This document shows positions 1 through 10,577 of a stretch of 24,000 nt of DNA, in pieces. Position 1 is the first letter of the stretch. Each line of letters starts with the position of its first letter. Made by a program: the position numbers and the translations under genes. A model generated the notes under the pieces. That model searched no databases, was not told the DNA's origin, and worked only from the letters and a program-made list of their open reading frames with translations. Source of the DNA: an uncultured Gammaproteobacteria bacterium. Its GTDB lineage: Bacteria > Pseudomonadota > Gammaproteobacteria > Xanthomonadales > Rhodanobacteraceae. The stretch is taken from assembly GCA_963705335.1 (NCBI GenBank), contig OY970073.1, forward strand, positions 313,919 through 337,918, read 5' to 3'.

Positions 1-22
1 GGTATAACCGCCGAGGCGAGCG

Positions 23-1365
23 TCAACGCAAGACCTGAAGCGCCGCTCTGGTTTCGAATCCGTCGGCGAAAATCCGGTCCAGCTCCTTGAACCCCGCCTG
101 CAGCTGCCAGCCCTGGTTGCCCGCCGGATCGTTGCGGTAGGCGCCGACGTCGACCGTCGGGAAGCGCGCGATCGCGTTGAAGTCGTCGACGGCCAGCGTC
201 GCCGCATCGGCGCTGCCGACGAGACGTCCACTTGCCGGCACGAGATCCTGCGGCGGCTGGCCCGGAGAAGCTCGCCGCGCTGAAGTCGGTCGCGATGTCG
301 CCGCTCGCGTCGAAGCCGCCGGAAACGCCGCTCAGCCGCCGATGCCGACGTTCGCGACGAGCGTGACGAGGTTCGTCGAGCCGTTGGCGAACACCGCGTT
401 GCCGCTCGCGGCGTACAGCGCGTTGTTCGCGACCAGCACCGCGCCGGCGACGTCGCTGATGTGCAGCGCATCGCCGCTCGCTTTCAGCACGGTGTTGTTG
501 ACGATCGTGAGATTGCCGACGCGTGCCGCCTTGCGATGCGTGGATGCCGATGCCGGCCGCCGCCGCGCTCAGCACGATGTTGTTGCGCACGATCGCATCG
601 GCGGTCACCTGGATGCCGTTGTCGCCGCTGTTCCAGACGAGATTGCGCTCGATGATGTTCGGCGCGCCGTTGCCGTTCGTGTGGTAGAGCGTGATGCCGG
701 GATAGGCGACGTCATGGATCACGTTGTCGCGCACGACGTTGGCGTAGCTGCCGGCCTTGATCTCGATGCCGTCGCCCTGCGAGACGGTCGGGCCGTTGAG
801 ATCGTGGATGTAGTTGTTTGCGACCAGCGAATCGTGCACGCGGCAGGCATCGTCGTTGCAGCCGAGGTAGAAACCTTCGCGCGGTGTCGCCGGCGTGGTC
901 GATCTCGTTGTGCACGAACATGAGCCGCGCGTAGACGTTGCCGCCGTCGTTCGCGCTGATCGCGTTCGCCGCGGTGTCGTGCACGTGGCAGTTGCGGATC
1001 GTGATGTCCGACGAGTTGGTCAGGCGTATGCCGCGCGACCCGCCGCTGAATTCGACGCCGTCGATGACGAGAAAGCTCGAATCGGCGATGTTGACGATGT
1101 TCTGGCCGTCGTCGACGTAGTGCAGCAGCGGCTGCTCGCCGGCGGCGGCGCGGATCGTGATCGGCTGCGCCGCGGTGCCGACGAGATCGAGCTCGAAGTA
1201 GCTCGACAGCGTGTACGTGCCGCCGTGCATGATCAGCGTGTCGCCGGCGCCGAGGTTCTGCATCGCGGATCGGAAATCGTCGCCGGGTCCGATCTCGATG
1301 TCGGCGGCGAACGCGGCATTGCCGCACGGCGATCAGCAGCGCACGGCAAGGCTTCGTCTCATCAT
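23..1365 (-). CDS. Secreted right-handed parallel beta-helix repeat protein; frame broken about 6 times in this sequence (assembly error or pseudogene)
   Basis: Track ORFs 712..1263(-) and 23..241(-), plus hand translation of the gaps, join into one ~445-aa protein: MMRRS/LPCRALLIAV/CGNAAFA|ADIEIGPGDDFRSAMQNLGAGDTLIMHGGTY...ITIRNCHVHDTAANAISANDGG...GFYLGCNDDACRVHDSLVANNYIHDLNG...VVRDNVIHDV...IIERNLVWNSGDNGIQV...IVRNNIVLS...LTIVNNTVLKASGDALHI...VLVANNALYAASGNAVFANG...VDVGAYRNDPAGNQGW...DRIFADGFETRAALQVLR*. The repeating ~22-aa [IV]xxN-type turns are the beta-helix (PF13229/NosD-like) signature. ATG at 1365. An in-frame TGA at 1330-1332 is bypassed if two compensating indels inside the signal peptide are assumed. 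Confidence 0.6.
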
Positions 1366-1390
1366 GTCCCGATTCCGGATCGCCGCGCGT

Positions 1391-3443
<2,053 letters not shown>

Positions 3444-3544
3444 CGTGGATCCGCGGTCGGTCCGCCAAGTCTACGCGCGCGCCGCGCTTGTCGCCGGTCG
3501 GCCGAGCCGGTACCGTGCGCGTCCGCCGCCGAACAGGACGGATC

Positions 3545-4754
3545 GTGACAGAACCCATCGAATATCCGGCCCTGTTTCTCAAGCGCGGCGAGGATGCGCG
3601 CCTGCGCGCCGGGCATCTGTGGGTGTTCTCCAACGAAGTCGACGTCGCGCGATCGCCGTTGACTGGATTCGAGCCCGGCGAGATCGCGGCGATCGTCGAT
3701 CATCACGGCAAGCCGATCGGCATCGGCTACGTCAATCCGAATTCGCTGATCGCGGCGCGGCTCGTCGTGCGCGGCGTCGAGCACGCGTTCGATCGTTCGC
3801 TGCATCGTGCACCGGCTCAACGTCGCGCTGGCGATGCGCGAGCGGCTCTACGACGCGCCGTATTACCGGCTCGTGTTCGGCGAATCCGACGGACTGCCGG
3901 GCCTTACGCTCGATCGCTTCGGCGATGTCCTCGTCGGCCAGATCACGACCGCGGGCATGGAGCGGCTCAAGGACGCGATCACCGAGGCGATCGTCAAGGT
4001 GCTCAAGCCGCGCCAGCTCTGGTGGAAGAACGACGCATCGATCCGCGCGCTCGAGCACCTGCCGGAATACGCCGATCTCGGCCACGGCGAATACGGTCGC
4101 GCCGCCGAGCGTGCGCGAGGGCGGGCTCGAATTCGCGATCGATCCGGTCGGCGGGCAGAAGACCGGCTGGTTCTACGACCAGCGCGAGAACCGCGACCGG
4201 CTCGCGCGTTTCGTCGCCGGCAAGCGCGTGCTCGACATGTTCAGCTATCTCGGCGCGTGGGGATTGCGCGCGGCGGCATCCGGCGCGAGCGAAGTCGTCT
4301 GCGTCGACGCCTCGCAGTCCGCGGTCGATGCGATCGCAGCGAATGCCGAGCGCAACGGCCTGGCCGATCGCGTGCGCGCGGTCCGCGCCGATGCGTTCGA
4401 TCATCTGAAGGCGTTGCGCGAGGCGCGCGAGCGGTATCGACGTCGTGATCCTCGATCCGCCGGCGTTCGTCAAGCGCAAGAAGGATTTCGCCGAAGGCCG
4501 GCTCGCGTATCGCCGGCTCAACGAGCTCGGCATGCAGGTCGCTCGCGAAGGACGGCATTCTGGTCACGTGCTCGTGCTCGTATCACATGCCGCGCGCCAC
4601 GCTGCTCGATGCCGTGCAGCAGGGCGCGCGCCATCTCGACCGCCAGGTGCAGGTGCTGGTGCCGCTGCAGCAGGCGCCGGATCATCCGGTGCATCCGGCG
4701 ATTCCGGAAACGGAGTATCTGAAGGGCTTCGTCTGCCGCGTCCTGCCGGCGTGA
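3545..4754 (+). CDS. rlmI: PUA-domain class I SAM-dependent rRNA methyltransferase, RlmI-like; 4 frame breaks
   Basis: GTG 3545 with AGGA ~8 nt upstream. Reconstructed protein: VTEPIEYPALFLKRGEDARLRAGHLWVFSNEV... / VHRLNVALAMRERLYDAPYYRLVFGESDGLPGLTLDRFGDVLV... / ...GGQKTGWFYDQRENRDRLARFVAGKRVLDMFSYLGAWGLRAAASGASEVVCVD... / DVVILDPPAFVKRKKDFAEGRLAYRRLN... / KDGILVTCSCSYHM...EYLKGFVCRVLPA*, stop 4752-4754. The pieces lie in track ORFs 3425..4408, 3807..4448, 3328..4722 and 4445..4762. Confidence 0.75.
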
Positions 4755-4901
4755 CGCGCTAGCCGACCGCGTTCGAAAAAGCAAGGCTGCGGCCTCGAAG
4801 CGAAGCGCGTCCGCTCCATTCCTCGACGCCATCGGCACCTTGGGCCGCGGCGGGTTTGCCGGCACAATGCCGTCATCGCGCATCCGCTGACGTCGTATCT
4901 C

Positions 4902-5782
4902 GTGACCCACTATTTCGTCGACATCAATCCGATCGCGGTTTCGCTCGGTCCGGTGCAGGTGCACTGGTACGGCATCATGTACCTGATCGGCTTCGCGATG
5001 CGCGTGGTGGCTCGGCCAGCGCCGGCGCGCGGCGGGGCGCCTGCCGGTCAGCGCGGATCAGTTCTCCGATCTCGCGTTCTACGCGATGCTCGGCGTGATC
5101 CTCGGCGGGCGCATCGGCTACATGGTTTTCTACGACACGAGCGAATTGATCGCATCATCCGCTCGCGCTGTTCCGCGTCTGGGAAGGCGGCATGTCGTTC
5201 CACGGCGGCCTGCTCGGCGTGCTGGCCGGCGCGCTGATCTGGTCGCGGCGCAACACAATCTCAATTTCTTCGACGTCATGGATTTCGTCGCGCCGCTGGT
5301 GCCGATCGGGCTCGGCCTCGGCCGGCTCGGCAATTTCATCGGCGGCGAGTTGTGGGGCCGGCACACCGACGCGCCGTGGGGCATGATCTTTCCGCGCGCG
5401 CTCGAATCGCTCGGCAAGACGCGCGACGAGCTGCACCAGATGTATCTCGCCGGCCAGCTCGAACAATGAAGCGCGGCATCCGTCGCAGCTCTACGAATTC
5501 TGCCTCGAAGGCGTCGTGCTGTTCGCGGTGCTCTGGCTCTATTCGCGCAAGCCGCGGCCGCGCTATGCGGTGTCGGGTCTGTTCGCGCTGCTTTACGGCT
5601 TGTTCCGCTTCGGCGTCGAGTTCGTGCGCGAGCCGGACGTGCAGCTCGGTTTCATCGCGTTCGACTGGCTGACGATGGGCCAGATCCTTTCGCTGCCGCT
5701 GATCGTCATCGGCATCGTGCTGCTTTGGCTCTCGCGCCGCGCGCCGACGCTGCCCGCGCACGCCGACGGAGGCAAGGCCTGA
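4902..5782 (+). CDS. lgt: Phosphatidylglycerol--prolipoprotein diacylglyceryl transferase; 4 frame breaks
   Basis: GTG 4902. Reconstructed protein: [33 protein letters not shown] / [47 protein letters not shown] / [29 protein letters not shown] / [46 protein letters not shown]... / [56 protein letters not shown]...[20 protein letters not shown]...*. It shows the canonical Lgt blocks ([33 protein letters not shown]). Frame changes near 4997, 5150, 5250 and 5465. Stop TGA 5780-5782 overlaps the thyA ATG. Confidence 0.9.
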
Positions 5783-6581
5783 TGCGCCAGTATCTCGATC
5801 TCCTGCGCCACGTGCTCGAACACGGCACCGAGAAGGCCGACCGCACCGGTACCGGCACGCGCAGCGTGTTCGGCTGGCAGATGCGCTTCGATCTCGCCGA
5901 AGGTTTTCCGCTCGTCACGACCAAGAAGCTGCACCTGAAATCGATCGTGCACGAGCTGATCTGGTTCCTGCGCGGCGAGACCAACACGCGCTATCTCAAC
6001 GAGAACGGCGTGACGATCTGGGACGAGTGGGCCGATGCGAACGGCGAGCTCGGTCCGGTCTACGGCAAGCAGTGGCGTTCATGGGCGTGCCGCGGATGGG
6101 CGCGTCGTCGATCAGATCGCATGGGTCGTCGACGAGATCCGGCGCAATCCGGATTCGCGCCGGCTCATCGTCAGCGCGTGGAACGTCGCCGACCTGCCGC
6201 GCATGGCGCTGCTGCCGTGCCATACGATGTTCCAGTTCTACGTCGCCGACGGCCGCCTGTCGTGCCAGCTCTACCAGCGCTCCGGCGACATCTTCCTCGG
6301 CGTGCCGTTCAACATCGCAAGCTATGCGCTGCTGACCCAGATGGTCGCGCAGGTGACGCGGCCTTGCGCCCGGCGATTTCGTGCACACGCTCGGCGATGC
6401 GCATCTCTACACCAACCACTTCGAGCAGGCGCGCGAGCAGCTTTCGCGCGAGCCGCGAGCAGCTGCCCAAGCTCGTGCTGAATCCGGACGTGCGCTCGCT
6501 CGATGCGATTTCCGCTACGACGACATCGCCATCACGGGCTACCAGCCGCACGCGGCGATCAAGGCGCCGGTGGCCGTCTGA
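5782..6581 (+). CDS. thyA: Thymidylate synthase; 4 frame breaks
   Basis: ATG 5782. Reconstructed protein: [68 protein letters not shown]...[14 protein letters not shown] / [88 protein letters not shown] / [31 protein letters not shown] / [14 protein letters not shown] / [23 protein letters not shown]. This is the ThyA consensus along the whole length, including the catalytic PCH. Frame changes near 6085, 6360, 6455 and 6510. Confidence 0.95.
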
Positions 6582-6583
6582 GC

Positions 6584-7075
6584 ATGGGTGAGATCAGCCT
6601 GATCGTCGCGCTCGACCGCAACTTCGCGATCGGCCGCGACGGCGAGATGCCGTGGCACCTGCCGGACGATCTGAAGCGCTTCAAGGCGCTGACGCTCGGC
6701 AAGCCGGTGCTGATGGGACGCAAGACCGCGCTCGCGATCCGACGCGATCTTCCCGGGCGCACCAATCTCGTCATGACGCGCGGCGACACGGCGCCATACG
6801 CGGGCCAGCGCGTCGTGCATTCGCTCGACGAAGCGATCGCGATCGCCGGCGACGGCGAGCTCGCGGTGATCGGCGGCGGCGAAGTGTTCACGCTCGCGCT
6901 GCCGCGCGCGACGCGCATGCACCTGACCTGGGTCGACGCGGCCGTCGAAGGCGCCGATGCGTTCTTCCCGCGATTCGACGCGCGCGAGTGGAAGGAGACC
7001 GCGCGCATCGCACATGCCGCCGATGCGCGGCACGATCACGCGTTCGCGTTCGTCGACTACGAAAGAACCATGTAG
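6584..7075 (+). CDS. folA: Dihydrofolate reductase (intact, 163 aa)
   Basis: ATG 6584, 2 nt after the thyA stop. [48 protein letters not shown]...[10 protein letters not shown]...THLTW-type DHFR pattern. It is the in-frame part of track ORF 6503..7075. Stop TAG 7073-7075. Confidence 0.95.
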   Translation: MGEISLIVALDRNFAIGRDGEMPWHLPDDLKRFKALTLGKPVLMGRKTALAIRRDLPGRTNLVMTRGDTAPYAGQRVVHSLDEAIAIAGDGELAVIGGGEVFTLALPRATRMHLTWVDAAVEGADAFFPRFDAREWKETARIAHAADARHDHAFAFVDYERTM

Positions 7076-7148
7076 GAGCGGCGACAGCCGCGATCTTTTT
7101 TGCGTAGAACCACACCGGCGCAAGAGCTCGCGGCTGTCGCCGCTCCTA
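7073..7148. terminator. Long hairpin between convergent folA and apaH (21-bp perfect inverted repeat, 34-nt spacer); probable bidirectional terminator
   Basis: The left arm taggagcggcgacagccgcga (7073-7093) is the exact reverse complement of tcgcggctgtcgccgctccta (7128-7148). Within the left arm, a small hairpin gcggc-gaca-gccgc is followed by gatctttttt, which is an intrinsic-terminator shape for the + strand. The left arm starts on the folA stop codon. Confidence 0.6.
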
Positions 7149-7168
7149 CACAGTCGCCGCGGTGCGCG

Positions 7169-8019
7169 TCAGTCCGCTTCCTTTCCCGCCGGCGGCTTGC
7201 GATCCGACTTGATCGCGACGAACTCCGGCTCCTCGCCGTCGAGCTTCAGCGCGGTCAGCCAGCCGCCCCAGACGCAGCCGGTGTCGATCGCGTAGATGCC
7301 TTGTCCCGAGAAACGGCCGAGCGTCGACCAGTGCCCGCAGACGATGCGGATGTCGCGCTTGGTCTGGCCCGGCACTTCGTACCACGGATAAAGGCCGGGC
7401 CGCTGCGTGCCCGGCGCTCCCTTCTCGCCGAACGCGATGCGTCCGCGCACGTCGCAATAGCGCATGCGCGTGAACACGTTGATGTTCGCGCGCAGGCGAT
7501 CGATGCCGTGCAGCTTCGGATTCCACAGATCCGGCTTGTTGCCGAACAGCTGCTTGAGCAGCCGCCGATAGCCCTCGCCGCGCAGGCGTTCCTCGACCTC
7601 GCGCGCCGCCTCGATGGCCTGCTCGGTGCGTCCAGCGCGGAAACAATCCCGCGTGCACGAGCAGGAAATTGAGCGTGCGGTCGATGTGCAGCAGACTGCG
7701 GTTGCGCAGCCAGTCGAGCAGCTCGTCGCGATCCGGCGCGAACAGCACTTCGCGCAGCTCCGGATTGACGCGCGCCTGATCCTCGCGCTTGCGCTCGCCG
7801 ACCGCGAGCAGCGAAAGATCGTGATTGCCGAGCACGACGAGCGCGCGATCGCCGAACGCCTTGACGTAGCGCAGCACCGCGAGCGACTGCCCGCCGCGGT
7901 TGACGAGATCGCCGCAGAACCAGAGCGCGATCGTTCGCCGGATCGAACTTGATCTTGTCGATCAGCCGGACAAGCTCGTCGTGACAGCCCTGGATATCGC
8001 CGATGGCCCAGGTTGTCAT
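7169..8019 (-). CDS. apaH: Bis(5'-nucleosyl)-tetraphosphatase, symmetrical (ApaH); 2 frame breaks
   Basis: ATG 8019. Reconstructed protein: MTTWAIGDIQGCHDELVRLIDKIKFDPANDR / LWFCGDLVNRGGQSLAVLRYVKAFGDRALVVLGNHDLSLLA...LLVHAGLFPRW / TEQAIEAAREVEERL...FTRMRYCDVRGRIAF...IVCGHWSTLG...IYAIDTGCVWGGWLTALKLD...GKEAD*. It carries the metallophosphatase motifs GDxxG, GDLVNRG, GNHD and GHW, and is collinear with E. coli ApaH. Frame changes near 7925 and 7628. The start overlaps the apaG stop (ATGA). Confidence 0.9.
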
Positions 8020-8402
8020 CAGTGCAGCGTCCGCGGTACGGACAGCACGAAGGCGGGAATGTCCGCATCGAAATGCGTGCCGTCGTCGGCGACCATCTGG
8101 TAGCTGCCGCGCATCGTGCCGAGCGCGGTCTCGAGCACGGCGCCGGAGGTGTATTCGTAGTCGTCGCCCGGACGCACCCACGGCTGCTCGCCGACGACAC
8201 CGTCGCCGCGCACCTCGCGCACCTTGCCGTTGCCGTCCGTGATCACCCAGTGGCGCGACAGGAGGCGCGCTCCGACCGAGCCGCGATTCTCGATCGTGAT
8301 CGTGTAGGCGAAGGCGTAGCGATTGTCGGATGGAGCCGACTGGTCATCGAGGAAGCGGATGTCGACCGAGATCGCGATGTCGTAGGGCTTCTTGCCGCTC
8401 AT
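8019..8402 (-). CDS. apaG: ApaG (DUF525) protein, intact
   Basis: Lies within track ORF 8019..8438(-). The start is taken at ATG 8402, which gives 127 aa (E. coli ApaG is 125): MSGKKPYDIAISVDIRFLDDQSAPSDNRYAFAYTITIENRGSVGARLLSRHWVITDGNGKVREVRGDGVVGEQPWVRPGDDYEYTSGAVLETALGTMRGSYQMVADDGTHFDADIPAFVLS. Confidence 0.9.
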   Translation of the reverse strand: MSGKKPYDIAISVDIRFLDDQSAPSDNRYAFAYTITIENRGSVGARLLSRHWVITDGNGKVREVRGDGVVGEQPWVRPGDDYEYTSGAVLETALGTMRGSYQMVADDGTHFDADIPAFVLSVPRTLH

Positions 8403-8510
8403 GACCCGGATTTTCCGCGAGCGCGGGCGTTCGGGCAAGGCGGAAAAGAGGGCCGGTCACCGCGAGCCAGTAGCCGTGAGCCCGAAAGCGTGCGTGCCGC
8501 CGCGTTCCGG

Positions 8511-9327
8511 CTAATGGTCGCCGGCTCCAGGCTGGCTTCCTATCGTCTCTGCCAGCGCCACGAACGCCGCCGGCGCAAGCTGCTCGGCTCGTGCGCGCGG
8601 ATCGACGCCGGCATCGGAAATCTTTTCCGCATCGGCGAGATCGCGGAGCGCATTCGCGAGCGTCTTGCGCCGCTGGCCGAATGCGGCCCTGACGATGCGC
8701 GCGAGCAGCGCCGCGTCAGTGAAGTGCCGCTCGGCGGGTGCGCGCGGCGTCAGGCGCACGACCGCGGACTCGACCTTCGGCGGAGGCCGGAATGCGCCGG
8801 CCGGCACGCGCAGCAGCGGATCGACGCGGCAGACAAGCTGCAGCATCACCGACAGGCGCCCGTAGACCTTGCTGCCGGGCGCCGCGGCCATGCGCTCGAC
8901 GACTTCTTTCTGCAACATGAAATGCATGTCGCGGACCGCATCGATGTGCTCGATGCAGTGGAACAGGATCGGCGAGGAGATGTTGTAGGGCAGGTTGCCG
9001 ACGATGCGCAGCGGCCCGCTCGCCGCGAACGTGGACAAATCGATCGTGAGCACGTCGGCGTTGACGATGTCGAGGGTGCCGACGCCTTCGGCCGCGGCGC
9101 GAAGGCGCGGCACGAGATCGCGATCGAGCTCGATCGCGGTCATCCGCCCGAGCTCGCGCAGCAGCGGCAGCGTCAGCGCGCCTTCGCCCGGCCCGATCTC
9201 GACGCAGATTCTCGCCGGGTTTCGGCGCGATCGCCTGCACGATCTTGCGCAGGATGCCGGGATCGTGCAGGAAATGCTGGCCGAAGCGTTTGCGGGGAAC
9301 GTGCGAGGTGGATGTGGTGCGATGCAT
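8511..9327 (-). CDS. ksgA: 16S rRNA (adenine1518/1519-N6)-dimethyltransferase RsmA/KsgA; 1 frame break
   Basis: ATG 9327. Reconstructed protein: [41 protein letters not shown] / [29 protein letters not shown]...[17 protein letters not shown]...[26 protein letters not shown]...[14 protein letters not shown]...[12 protein letters not shown]...*. One frame change near 9205 looks like an extra C in ctgCgtcgag. Stop TAG 8511-8513. Confidence 0.9.
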
Positions 9328-9364
9328 TCGGGATTCCGGATGGCGGCGCGCTGTGGAGCGTGAA

Positions 9365-9460
9365 AATCGCGAATCGCGAATCGCGAATCGCAAATGGAAA
9401 AGCGATCGAGGCCGCGCAACGCGGCTTCTTCTATTTGCGATTCGCCATTTGCAATTCGCG
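9365..9460. repeat. Imperfect 96-bp palindrome built from tandem heptamers (AATCGCG)n, flanking a central GC hairpin, in the pdxA-ksgA junction
   Basis: Left arm: aatcgcg aatcgcg aatcgcg aatcgca aat (9365-9395). Right arm: atttgcg attcgcc atttgca attcgcg (9433-9460), which is the inverted heptamers. Centre: gag-gccgcg-caa-cgcggc-ttc (9408-9428), a 6-9 bp stem. On the transcribed (-) strand this hairpin is followed by gatcgcttttcc. Confidence 0.8.
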
Positions 9461-10489
9461 CTCTGCGACGCTGCCGCGTGTCGCAAGCTCCAAGCGCCAG
9501 CCGCGTCGCCGCGATCAGGCTGCCGGCATCGGCCTTGCCGGATCCCGCGATATCGAGCGCGGTGCCATGATCGACCGACGTGCGCACGTACGGCAAGCCG
9601 AGCGTCACGTTGACCGCATGGCCGAATCCTGCGTGCTTGAGCACCGGCAGACCCTGGTCGTGATACATCGCCAGCACCGCGTCGAAGCGCGCGAGCTGCG
9701 CCGGCACGAACGCGGTGTCGGCCGGCATCGGCCCGCTGACGTCGAAGCCCGCGGCGCGCAGTTGCGCGATCGCCGGCGCGATCTCGTCGATTTCCTCGCG
9801 GCCGAGATGGCCGCCTTCGCCGGCGTGCGGATTGAGGCCGAGCACGGCGATGCGCGGCGAGGCGATGCGAAAGCGCAGGATCAGATCGTCGCAGAGGATG
9901 CGCAGCGTGCGCACGAGGCTCGCGCGCGTGATCGCGCCGGGCACGCGCGCGAGCGGCAGGTGCGTCGTCGCCAGCGCGACGCGCAGATCACCGCCGTTGC
10001 GCGCCGACTCGCCGTCCGCGACGAGCATCATCACGACCTCGCGCCGCGCGCGCTGCGCGAAGAATTCGGTGTGCCCGGTGAACGGGATGCCGGCGTCGTT
10101 GATGACGCCCTTGTGCACCGGTGCGGTCACGATCGCCGCGAATTCGCCGCTGGTCGCGCCGTCGGCCGCGCGCGCGAGCGTCGCCAGCACGTAGGGCGCG
10201 TTGCGCGGATCGAGCGTGCCCGGCGTCGCCGGCGGCGCTCAGCGACATCGGCACGATGCGCAGCGAACCGCGGGCGCGCGCCGCGATCGCAGCGTCCGCG
10301 TCGTACGCGATCACGTCGATGTCGACGCCGGCCGAACGCGCGGCGGCGCGCGATCAGATCGGGATCGGCGATGACGACGAGATCGGCGGCGATGTCGCTC
10401 GCGGCGAGCTTCACGACGAGCTCGGGGCCGATGCCGGCCGGTTCGCCCGCCGTCAGCGCAATCCGCGGCAGCATCGCCTCGCTATTCAT
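9431..10489 (-). CDS. pdxA: 4-hydroxythreonine-4-phosphate dehydrogenase PdxA; 2 frame breaks, 3' end unresolved
   Basis: ATG 10489 with AGGA ~8 nt upstream. Reconstructed protein: [46 protein letters not shown] / ...[31 protein letters not shown] / [57 protein letters not shown]...[20 protein letters not shown]...[56 protein letters not shown]... Frame changes near 10345 and 10235. There is no stop in the current frame, which runs through the heptamer repeat into ksgA (track ORF 8511..10190). The end is placed provisionally at the TAG 9431-9433 seen in the +1 frame; the expected length (~330 aa) puts the true end at roughly 9430-9500. Confidence 0.8.
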
Positions 10490-10511
10490 GCGGCGATCCT
10501 AGCAACCGGAT

Positions 10512-10573
10512 GGATGCCGACACACGTGCGTCGCATCCGTACCCCCTCTCCCGCTTGCGGGAGAGGGCTGGGG
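10512..10573. repeat. Two adjacent GC-rich hairpins (REP-like element) between surA stop and pdxA start
   Basis: Hairpin 1, 10512-10538: ggatgccgacacac/gtgcgtcgcatcc, a 13-bp stem with one mismatch. Hairpin 2, 10544-10567: ccctctcccgc-tt-gcgggagaggg, 11-bp perfect arms, followed by ctgggg. The cctctcccgcttgcgggagagg core is the kind of palindromic unit widely scattered in high-GC proteobacterial genomes. It gives spurious ..PLSRLRERAGV.. / ..PLPQAGEG.. translations, as seen in track ORFs 10510..10866(+) and 10486..11919(-). Confidence 0.6.
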
Positions 10574-10577
10574 TGAA

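Noticed and set aside
48-64. ggtttcgaatcc, resembling a tRNA T-arm/T-loop
   Set aside because: It is the antisense of codons GFETR at the C-terminus of the beta-helix protein. There is no acceptor stem, D-arm or anticodon arm around it.
1330-1332. In-frame TGA inside the beta-helix gene signal peptide as possible selenocysteine or recoding
   Set aside because: A pair of compensating indels around it restores a normal signal peptide (MMRRS-LPCRALLIAV-CGNAAFA). I saw no SECIS-like hairpin immediately downstream, and the region has the highest indel density in the window.
9365-9460. Tandem short repeats as a CRISPR array
   Set aside because: The repeat unit is only 7 bp with no spacers. The arrangement is a palindrome, and there are no cas genes in the window.
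8013-10502. 829-aa plus-strand ORF, and similar very long ORFs antisense to recognised genes (21224..23974 -, 16587..18128 -, 18261..19556 -, 12336..13517 +, 14599..15597 +, 2223..3548 +)
   Set aside because: These ORFs lie exactly opposite genes with unambiguous homology. Their translations are Arg/Ala/Gly-rich low-complexity strings with no recognisable motif. Long stop-free antisense frames are expected at this GC content.
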